A stretch of DNA of 64,000 nucleotides, from the NCBI GenBank assembly GCA_031553315.1, contig JAVBLT010000017.1, forward strand, positions 25,696 to 89,695, given 5' to 3'. The stretch's first letter is position 1; the number at the start of each line of letters is the position of its first letter. Made by a program: the position numbers and the translations under genes. The notes under the pieces are model-generated. The model was not told the DNA's origin and made no database searches. It saw nothing but the letters and a program-made list of their open reading frames with translations. The stretch comes from Kiritimatiellia bacterium (lineage in GTDB: Bacteria; Verrucomicrobiota; Kiritimatiellia; RFP12; DVOR01). This document shows positions 25,676-33,392 of this stretch, piece after piece.

Positions 25676-26794
25676 TTACCTGGCCACAATTCTGGCGGTG
25701 AGCCTGGCGGGCGTGGAGCCCAGGGTGTAGGGCACGCTGGCCGTGGCCACGCCGTCGACAAAGGTTCCGACCGTGGCGGTGCCGATTTCGGTTCCGTTTA
25801 CGAAGATCGCCACCTTGCCGTTGATGTCGCCGGTTTTGCCGCCGTCGTTGATCATGAGCTTGACTTTGGCGGTGATGGCGCCGTTGCTGTAGCTCACGCC
25901 GGCAATACCCAATTCGTAGGAGAATGCGGCATTGGCGCCGTCGGCCACAAAGCCGGCGCCGAGGAGGTAGGCGGTTTCATGCACGGCGCGGGCGCCGGCC
26001 TCGGTCGCGGTCGTGGCCGAAACGCCGCCTTCGCTGGTCATGCTCACGGAGGTCGCGCCCATTGTGTTTTGAAGGGCGGTCTCGATGTGGGCCTGCACGG
26101 CGCTGTCGAGCGTGACCCCTTCGGGGGCGGGCGGCGGCGTGTAGAGCGTGCCGCGGAGGGGGTCGCCGTAGGAAGCGAGGATATTGTCGACCAGGCCGTC
26201 GCCCGTTACTTTCACGCCGCGGGGAATGGCGCCGCCGGCCAGAAGCGGAATGGTGGCGGTCGCGGCAAAAGAGTCGCCCACGGTGGCAACCAGGCTGGCC
26301 TCCGTCATCCGCAGCGTCACGGTGAACCAGGCCTCCGGCTCAATGCCGGCGAGCGAGAGCGTTTCGCCCTGAGACCTGATTTCGCTCCCGGTCCAATACT
26401 TCGCCGCGAGAACCGTGTTGCCGGCGCCGACGTCTTCGACCACGAAAAACAGCTTGTCGACCTCTTCCGGATCACTGCCCACATAAGCCACGTTTTGCAT
26501 GGCAAACTGCATATACACCGTGCCGTTGGCGTAGGGGGCATCCTGCCAGATTTCCTGATACGGGCTTTCCGACGTGATTGTCCGCCCCTTTGTGCCGCTT
26601 CCGAAAAACGCGGCGTTTCCGCCGGTATACCCCACCGAGGCGGTTCCCTGGTCGTTTTCAAAATTCTGAATCCAGGCGCCGTCGCCGGCCGCCGGCGTGT
26701 TCCACCGGGCGGGAAGCGCCGCCGCTAAACCCGGCAGCCCCGCACCCAAAGCGGAGAAGAACGCCAAGGCAAACAAATACTGCGCTGCCTTCAT
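25676..26794 (-). CDS. Hypothetical secreted protein (372 aa), first gene of the operon
   Basis: Track ORF 25676..26890 trimmed to MKAAQYLFALAFFSALGAGLPGLAAA, with an AAGGAG RBS. Gly/Thr/Ala-rich and beta-rich in appearance. Confidence 0.75.
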   Translation of the reverse strand: MKAAQYLFALAFFSALGAGLPGLAAALPARWNTPAAGDGAWIQNFENDQGTASVGYTGGNAAFFGSGTKGRTITSESPYQEIWQDAPYANGTVYMQFAMQNVAYVGSDPEEVDKLFFVVEDVGAGNTVLAAKYWTGSEIRSQGETLSLAGIEPEAWFTVTLRMTEASLVATVGDSFAATATIPLLAGGAIPRGVKVTGDGLVDNILASYGDPLRGTLYTPPPAPEGVTLDSAVQAHIETALQNTMGATSVSMTSEGGVSATTATEAGARAVHETAYLLGAGFVADGANAAFSYELGIAGVSYSNGAITAKVKLMINDGGKTGDINGKVAIFVNGTEIGTATVGTFVDGVATASVPYTLGSTPARLTARIVAR

Positions 26795-27251
26795 TTTTTT
26801 CTCCTTAACAATAATCCATACTTCTTTGAATAGGGCGGTATAAAATGCCCTAAACCAAAACCTTGACCACACCGCACCCGCGGCGGGCATACTTTTCCAT
26901 ACATTTAAAATAGCACAAAAAACGGAACCGTGGGAAGCCTGTTTTTCAATTTCAGCGATTTTTTTTTACGGAAAAAGCCCGCCCGTTCATGCAAGCGCCA
27001 CCCAGGCGAAAAATTGCACATTGATTTCAAATGAGTTGCGCTTGACAAAACTCAAAGCCGCAATCCGAAAACACGTGTAAAGTGAAAGCGTAAACGCGTC
27101 TGCGCATTTCCCTTCCCGCGCCCCGGGCACCCTGAAAAAAACAGCCCCCGAAAAATACTTAAAGACTCGGTCGGCCTGATCCGCGCGCTCAAAGCCTCGC
27201 GCGAAGCTGAAAAAAATAGAGCTCTTGCGAAATTGCGAAGCTACGTTTTTT

Positions 27252-27357
27252 TCGCACGCGGAGGCGCGGAGAACACGGAGCCGGTTTGTGAAAAATCCAA
27301 AACCACATACAGTGAAGGGGGTGTTTTTCTCCGCGTTCTCCGCGCCTCCGCGTGAGA
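27252..27357. repeat. Long imperfect palindrome A (29-bp arms, 48-nt loop)
   Basis: TCGCACGCGGAGGCGCGGAGAACACGGAG ... CTCCGCGTTCTCCGCGCCTCCGCGTGAGA. 27 of 29 positions pair by my count. Confidence 0.85.
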
Positions 27358-27833
27358 AAATTAAATTCGCAGGAAGTCTAATGTTTTTCCGGTTTTTTTA
27401 GAAAACCCCTTTGCTCCGCCACTATTCATGGACAACGCTTCCAACCCACACAACCCGAAAGGCCCCGCCGTGAAAACCTACCTGAAATACGCCCTCGCCA
27501 TGATCACCCTCCTCAGCGGCTCCTCCCTCTTCGCCCAATGCCGCCCCCCCGCCCCCCGCAACACCTGCGCCCGCGCCGCCTCCGCGCTCAGCGGCATACA
27601 ATCCTCCCAGGCCTCCTCCAAGAGCCGTGCCGCCGTGCAATCCAAAAGCGCCGCAACCCAAACCGCCTCCCGCCGCTGCTCCGGCGCCCGCACCGCCTGT
27701 TTGAAAAAGACCTCCTCGAAAGCCCCCGCAAAGACCTGCTCCCGCACCGCCAAAAGCGCCCCCCGCGCCTGCAGATAGAGGATATCAAGGAAACGCTGAT
27801 TAAACCCAAAGACCGGCAATCAGAATTTAAATT

Positions 27834-27926
27834 CTCACGCGGGGGCGCGGAGTACGCGGAGAACACACACTTTTTTCGATCCTATCTGATCCTTCTCTCT
27901 CCGCGTACTCCGCGCCTCCGCGCGAG
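27834..27926. repeat. Long imperfect palindrome B (29-bp arms, 35-nt loop), same arm family as A
   Basis: CTCACGCGGGGGCGCGGAGTACGCGGAGA ... TCTCCGCGTACTCCGCGCCTCCGCGCGAG. One mismatch and one G-U by my count. Confidence 0.85.
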
Positions 27927-28334
27927 CAAAAAAAGCACCATTCATCAGCACTTCTTAAAGGAAAGGCCTGCGGTATGACAGAAAAAACGGGATTGGATTA
28001 TTTTTCGCTTGTCAGAAAACATCAAAAATTGTACTCTCTTGAAAACACATTGATTGAATTTCGCCTTTGGCTCCGCCGTTTGCGCTGCTTCCGGCTCAAT
28101 TCATCACTGTTCGAGATTTTTGCGTTTACCGCATGCAATCGTTCAAACGAAAACGACCAATTTTTAGACAGAACGACATAAATGCGGAGATGCGTGCCCT
28201 CTGGCACGCTCTCCTCCGTGTTTTCTGTCTGGGCGCTTGGTCGTGCCCCGTTTGGTTCCGGAGTAGAGTCGTGCCTTGTTTAAGAACCCGATCCGAAGGG
28301 ATTTCCCCTTCGATGGAAAAGACAAGGAGATGCC

Positions 28335-31300
28335 ATGAAAATACGTGCTCTACGGTTTCATCGCCTGCTGTTCATGTTATGCGCCGCCCTGTTTGGCCTG
28401 ACCGGCAACCTCGTTGCCGCCGGAACCTGGTCGCTCAATACCTCCACCGGAACGCTCACCCGCTCCGATGGATGGAAGCTGACGATTGCCGTAACCAAAA
28501 ATACGACCAACTTTTCCATCACCGGTGCCACTAACTCCAGCTCCGACTATGTGCTTGATGACCTTCCTGGCTCCATTGACGGCTATACGCTAACCTCAAT
28601 TGAGAGTAATGCATTTAAAGGTGTTGTAAAGTTGGATTCGGTTGTAATTCCAGACTCGGTGACATCTATCGGATATAGAGCTTTCTCGGGATGCAGTCAA
28701 TTGAGGTCTGCAAAACTAGGTTCCAGTGTGAGAAGCATCGGATATTCTGCATTTTACGGAACGATTCTTACCGAGATTGAAATTCCCGATAGCGTCACCA
28801 CGTTGGGTCTTGCCAGCCCGAGCGGTGTTTTTACCGGCATTGCCACGCTTAAAACCGCTAAAATCGGTAAAGGGATAACCACGCTTACCGCGCATGCTTT
28901 CAGAGGGTGCACGGGGTTGACATCGGTCGAGTTGGGTGAAAACATCGAAAAAATTGGCAATAATGCGTTTGCGGATTGTACGGCATTACGTTCGGTTTCA
29001 CTGCCTGAAGGACTCATTTATTTGGAATTTTCCTGTTTTGAAAATTGTACGAAAATTGAATCTGTTGTAATCCCGGATCGCGTTATTTCTGTGGAACACA
29101 AGGCCTTCTATGGTTGTGAGCGTTTGGCTTCCGTTACGATTGGTTCTCGCGTGCAGGAGCTTGGTTATTTGGTTTTTGGCAAATCAGTGATTACCGAGAT
29201 TGTGGTTCCCGACAGCGTCACCACGTTGGGTCTTGCCAGCCCGAATGGTGTTTTTACCGGCATTGCCACGCTTAAAACCGCTAAAATCGGTAAAGGGGTG
29301 GCCAAACTCTCCGGGTATGCTTTCAAAGGGTGTACAGATCTTAAGACGGTTATTCTCAGCAGTGAGGTTACTGAAATTGCGGCAAATGTTTTTTCCGGTT
29401 GCACACTTTTGAGAAATCTGTGCTTTACTGGAAATATGCCTGATTGCACTACTGTTGCTTCCTCCTTTACCAACTGTTCGGGGGTGACGGTTTACCGCCC
29501 GCTGAATGCCACGGGGTGGGGGAGCTCGCTCTTCGGTTTTCCCGTGGAGATTTGGAGCCTGCCGGTATTGTTCAATGCCAATGGCGGAAGCGAGCCTTCG
29601 CCGGTGCTGAAAACCTGTTATCCGGGATCAACCTTTAGTGCATTGCCTTCGACCGTTTCTTCGGGGCGAACTTTTGCCGGCTGGCACACGGCGCCCGCGG
29701 GAGGCGAAGCGGTGGCAAACGGGGATGATATTCCGTTTGAGTTTTACCCTCTCACGCTCTACGCGCACTGGTCGGGCGGCTCGCAGACGGCGCTGACGGT
29801 GACGTTTGACGCGCAGGGCGGATCCGTTTCGCCGGAGAGTGTCCATTATCCGTTGAACGCCGCCTACGGTGATTTGCCGGCTGCCACGCGCACGAATTAT
29901 TACCTCGAAGGCTGGTACCCCAACCTTTTTGACAAGACCGGCAAGGTTGCCGCGGCTGATTCGGCGGGCGCGCAAAGCCACACGCTCCATGCCAACTGGT
30001 GGCTCGGCATCACGTTTGATGCGCAGGGCGGCACAATCGACGGCGAGGCGAGCAAGCTCGTGGGCTGCGAACCGGGCAAGCTGCTGGGCTCTTTGCCCAC
30101 GCCCATTCGCCTGGGCTATTCCTTCAAGGGGTGGTATTCCGCCTCCTCGGGCGGCACGCAGGTCACTGCGGCCACCGCTCCGGTCGCCGGCTGCACGATC
30201 TATGCGCAGTGGGTGGGGGTCAATTATGATTTTGTGTTTTACAAACCCACGGCATGGGGGTGGAACAGTGACTTTTTCCTGAATTCGACCGAAACGGCCA
30301 CTTCGGGGACCACGACCTTTATTCAAGGCGACCCCATCCATACCTATTATGCGTTTATAGAAAACAATAAAAACGCCTATATGGGGGTCATCACCAACCG
30401 CGTGAGCCTGAGCGGAAACGGTAAGAATGCAACGCATGATTTTGTGTATCCGAGCTTGGCGGCCAACGTCTTCTCCGGGTGCAACGGGTCGGCCTGGTCT
30501 GAGATGCAAGACCTCGCCCCGGGAAGCTACACGCTGACCATCACGCTCAATGTGAACAACACCATCGCGGAATCAAACACTGCCAACAATGTGAAAACCA
30601 TCACGTTCACAGTGAAGGCACCGAGCCGGGTTGTCACGCTGACGCTGGATGCGCAGGGCGGCAAAATTTCGCCCGCCACCAAAACCGTCACCTCCGGCGA
30701 AACCTACGGCACCCTCCCCGCGCCCACGCGCACCGGTTTCACTTTCGATGGCTGGTACACGCAGCCGGGCGGCCTGGGCTCGCTGGCGACGGCTTCGACC
30801 ACGGTTTCCATCGCTACGAACCATTCGCTCTACGCGAAGTGGGTAGGGCTTCCTTATTCGTTGACGGTGAAGGAAGGGCTCGCCAACGGGCAGGCTTCGC
30901 AATCCGTGGCTTCGGGCTCTTCCTGCACGGTCGTGGCGGCCACGAAGGCCGGGATGGCGTTTGATAAGTGGGTGGTCGCGCCCGCCACGGCGGATTTGGG
31001 CGCTTCCTTTGATGCGAAGGCTGCCGAAACCACCTTTGTGATGCCGGCTGTGGCGCTGACGCTGACGGCGACTTTCATCGAGTCGCCGGGGTATGTGGCG
31101 GTCGCGGTGCTGCCTGCCGATGCCGAGGGCATTCAGTGGAGCGCCGACGGCAAAACCTGGAGCGAACCGGGCACGGGGGCGCTCAAGGCCGGTAAATACA
31201 CGATGACCTTCCGTTCGCTCGATGCGCGCTGGATTGCGCCGGCCAAGCAGTCGGTCGCGGTGGTGGTGGGTCAGACCGCGCAGGTCACGGCGGTTGCCAC

Positions 31301-33092
31301 GCGGGTCAATGTGGTCGAGGTTGAGGTGCAGGGCCCCGGGTCGGTGACGATGTCGCCGGCGAATGGGCAGCTGCTGCCCGGAAAAAGCGTCACCCTCACG
31401 GCCAAGGCCGATGCCAATGCCGTCTTTGTGGGGTGGGGTACGGATTCCGAGCAGGCTCCTGAATGGAGCGGCGACTTCTTGCCAATGGGCCCTTCATTTA
31501 AAATATCCACGAATGATCCATATGAGTATCCCGCGCTTGTGGCGCATTTCCGCCTGAAATCGGAGTGCGAAGCGCCGGTTTTGGAACCTCGCCAGGAGCC
31601 GATCGGAATCCCGATGGTGGGCGTGGTCTATGAGGAAGAACTCCGAGTCAATGCTTCGGCGCTGCCGGTGAAGTTCACCGCCAAAAATCTGCCTGCGGGG
31701 CTGAAGTTTGATTCGGCAAGCTGCCGGATCACGGGCGTGCCGACGAAGGCGCAGACGGCGCTGGTGACGGTGACGGCGACGAGCGTGGTCTATCCCAAGG
31801 TGAGCGACAGCATCACCTTTGCCCTCGAGGTCTTGCCGCTGCCTGCGAGCGCCCAAGGGGTGTTCAACGGTTACATTCGCGATCACGGTGGGCGAATTCA
31901 CGGTTCATTTACCCTCACCGCCAGCGCCGCGGGCAAGCTGACGGCCAAGATTGTGCAGGCCGAGGGAACGCTCTCCTATTCCGCCCCCGCATGGGATTAC
32001 TTTGACGATGCCCGCCATGAGGGCTACCCGCTCACGCTCTTTGCCGAACTCACTTCGCCCAAGAGCGCGCGGCGCCTTTGGGTGGACATAAGCAATTCCG
32101 ATAATGATTTCCAGTGGGGGCTCTCGGGGGAATTCGAAGACGTTACCCCCCCCGGTTCATGCGGAGGCTTGCCGGCGTTTTTCATCGATGCGCAGCGCAA
32201 TCCGTTTGGCATTGCGAAAAAGGATCCGGATTATGAGCGGATTATGGGCGAGCTGGGCCGGTATATGAATACCTACACGCTCGCGCTGGGCGCGGGAGAG
32301 GCGATCGAAGAGGGGCGTGCGCAAAACACCCCCGCCGGTTTCGGTTACCTCACCGCCACCGTTTCAAACAAAGGCGCCGTGAAGCTCGCCGGAAAGTTGC
32401 CCGACGGCACCTCCCTCAGCGCCAGCGCGCCGCTGGTACTCTTGAATGAGGCGGATGAAATGTGCGTGCCGTGCTTCATCCCGCTCTATGGCGCGAAGAA
32501 GGGATCGTTTGGCGGTATGCTCGCGGGCAATGGGGATGCGGTCAGCGGTTTTGGCACGTGGCACTACCCGGGCCTCGCGCCAACCGGCAAAACCATCGCC
32601 ACGGAAGACCGCTTCACGGCGGAGGTGGAATTGGCCGGCGGGATCTACTACCCCAAGAGCCAGGATCTGCGGGAGTACGACGGCGCGCTCTTCTCGGCCG
32701 AAGACCCCGGTTTTGGCGAGTATTACCCGTTTAACCTGGCGCTTGTTTCGGATGCGAAGGGCGCCTCCCTGAAGCAGGCCTTCGCCGGCAAGGCTCCCAT
32801 GTTCGACAAGGCCGGCGGGATGTATCTGTACAACAATGATAATCCCTGCGTGGCCACCTTCGCGGCGACCAAAGCCACCGGCATCTTCAAAGGAAAATTC
32901 AACCTCTATCAGGAATATTCCGATGCCAAAGGAGCCCTTAAGCTCAAGACCACCTCGGTGGCGCATGAGGGCATCCTCACCCCCGGATCGCACGGCGGCA
33001 AGGGCTTTTACCTCGTGCCCGAAACCTGGATCGACCCCGAGACCGGCAAGGCCTACACCCTGAAACGCTCCTTCGGCGTTTCGGTCGAATAG
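28335..33092 (+). CDS. Giant secreted surface protein (1585 aa): signal peptide, BspA-type leucine-rich repeats, four Listeria-Bacteroides (Flg_new-type) repeats, Ig-like/He_PIG-like domains, and the shared C-terminal ~410-aa module
   Basis: AAGGAG RBS. Signal MKIRALRFHRLLFMLCAALFGLTGNLVAA. LRRs IPDSVTSIGYRAFSGCSQL. VTFDAQGGSV..GWY repeated four times. LPVKFTAKNLPAGLKFDSASCRITGVP. C-terminal GYLTATVSNKGAVKLAGKLPDG, TFAATKATGIFKGKFNLY, KRSFGVSVE. Confidence 0.9.
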   Translation: MKIRALRFHRLLFMLCAALFGLTGNLVAAGTWSLNTSTGTLTRSDGWKLTIAVTKNTTNFSITGATNSSSDYVLDDLPGSIDGYTLTSIESNAFKGVVKLDSVVIPDSVTSIGYRAFSGCSQLRSAKLGSSVRSIGYSAFYGTILTEIEIPDSVTTLGLASPSGVFTGIATLKTAKIGKGITTLTAHAFRGCTGLTSVELGENIEKIGNNAFADCTALRSVSLPEGLIYLEFSCFENCTKIESVVIPDRVISVEHKAFYGCERLASVTIGSRVQELGYLVFGKSVITEIVVPDSVTTLGLASPNGVFTGIATLKTAKIGKGVAKLSGYAFKGCTDLKTVILSSEVTEIAANVFSGCTLLRNLCFTGNMPDCTTVASSFTNCSGVTVYRPLNATGWGSSLFGFPVEIWSLPVLFNANGGSEPSPVLKTCYPGSTFSALPSTVSSGRTFAGWHTAPAGGEAVANGDDIPFEFYPLTLYAHWSGGSQTALTVTFDAQGGSVSPESVHYPLNAAYGDLPAATRTNYYLEGWYPNLFDKTGKVAAADSAGAQSHTLHANWWLGITFDAQGGTIDGEASKLVGCEPGKLLGSLPTPIRLGYSFKGWYSASSGGTQVTAATAPVAGCTIYAQWVGVNYDFVFYKPTAWGWNSDFFLNSTETATSGTTTFIQGDPIHTYYAFIENNKNAYMGVITNRVSLSGNGKNATHDFVYPSLAANVFSGCNGSAWSEMQDLAPGSYTLTITLNVNNTIAESNTANNVKTITFTVKAPSRVVTLTLDAQGGKISPATKTVTSGETYGTLPAPTRTGFTFDGWYTQPGGLGSLATASTTVSIATNHSLYAKWVGLPYSLTVKEGLANGQASQSVASGSSCTVVAATKAGMAFDKWVVAPATADLGASFDAKAAETTFVMPAVALTLTATFIESPGYVAVAVLPADAEGIQWSADGKTWSEPGTGALKAGKYTMTFRSLDARWIAPAKQSVAVVVGQTAQVTAVATRVNVVEVEVQGPGSVTMSPANGQLLPGKSVTLTAKADANAVFVGWGTDSEQAPEWSGDFLPMGPSFKISTNDPYEYPALVAHFRLKSECEAPVLEPRQEPIGIPMVGVVYEEELRVNASALPVKFTAKNLPAGLKFDSASCRITGVPTKAQTALVTVTATSVVYPKVSDSITFALEVLPLPASAQGVFNGYIRDHGGRIHGSFTLTASAAGKLTAKIVQAEGTLSYSAPAWDYFDDARHEGYPLTLFAELTSPKSARRLWVDISNSDNDFQWGLSGEFEDVTPPGSCGGLPAFFIDAQRNPFGIAKKDPDYERIMGELGRYMNTYTLALGAGEAIEEGRAQNTPAGFGYLTATVSNKGAVKLAGKLPDGTSLSASAPLVLLNEADEMCVPCFIPLYGAKKGSFGGMLAGNGDAVSGFGTWHYPGLAPTGKTIATEDRFTAEVELAGGIYYPKSQDLREYDGALFSAEDPGFGEYYPFNLALVSDAKGASLKQAFAGKAPMFDKAGGMYLYNNDNPCVATFAATKATGIFKGKFNLYQEYSDAKGALKLKTTSVAHEGILTPGSHGGKGFYLVPETWIDPETGKAYTLKRSFGVSVE
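28770..28915 (+). repeat. LRR super-repeat, copy a (direct repeat with 29193..29338, 423-bp offset)
   Basis: 28785-28874 versus 29208-29297 differ at 3 positions by my count. Encodes EIPDSVTTLGLASPSGVFTGIATLKTAKIGKG. Confidence 0.85.
29193..29338 (+). repeat. LRR super-repeat, copy b
   Basis: See copy a. Encodes VVPDSVTTLGLASPNGVFTGIATLKTAKIGKG. Confidence 0.85.
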
Positions 33093-33249
33093 AGCATATT
33101 AAGAATGAAACTTCTCTTTTTCTCTGTTCTTTTCCTTTTTGCTTTCATCCTTTCAGGTCGCCGTAGCGTTGCTACGGCTCACTTCAAGAATTCACCAAAA
33201 AGAAAAATACCTTTCGAAAAATTGAGAAGTTTTCAATCTTAACCCGCTC
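33092..33249 (+). mobile_element. MITE-like miniature element, copy 4
   Basis: GAGCATATTAAGAATGAAA ... TTTCAATCTTAACCCGCTC ends. Central CCGTAGC-GTT-GCTACGG. Its first base is the G of the TAG stop of 28335..33092. Confidence 0.7.
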
Positions 33250-33270
33250 GAGGCGCCGTTTCCTCTATCC

Positions 33271-33300
33271 GCCGGGGGCAGATGCCGCCCCTGGCTTTTT
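33271..33300 (+). terminator. Intrinsic terminator downstream of giant gene 2
   Basis: GCCGGGGG-CAGATGCCG-CCCCTGGC followed by TTTTT. Confidence 0.6.
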
Positions 33301-33392
33301 ATTTGTAAAAATTATCCTTATTTCCTTTTCATCGAAGATAAAAAATGATATCTTCCCGATAACCACTGATCCGGTGGAAAAAGGAAAACAGT

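Noticed and set aside
27428-27819. Mutually antisense ORFs between the palindromes: 27428..27778 (+, 116 aa, signal-like start then Ser/Ala/Arg low complexity) and 27478..27819 (-, 113 aa)
   Set aside because: I cannot decide which strand, if either, is coding. The minus-strand peptide RFLDILYLQARGALLAVREQV faintly recalls the FLxIAxGSxxE helix of four-helix-bundle (23S rRNA IVS-type) proteins. However, the N-terminal half of such a protein is missing and there is no RBS. It is left uncalled and mentioned only as context for the palindrome finding.
27252-27926. Possibility that the palindromes, or the 66-bp repeats at 7684, are a CRISPR array
   Set aside because: There are only two palindromic units, with arms in alternating orientation and a 476-bp interval. 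The 66-bp repeats are in-frame coding turns of a beta-helix. There is no regular repeat-spacer periodicity and no cas genes.
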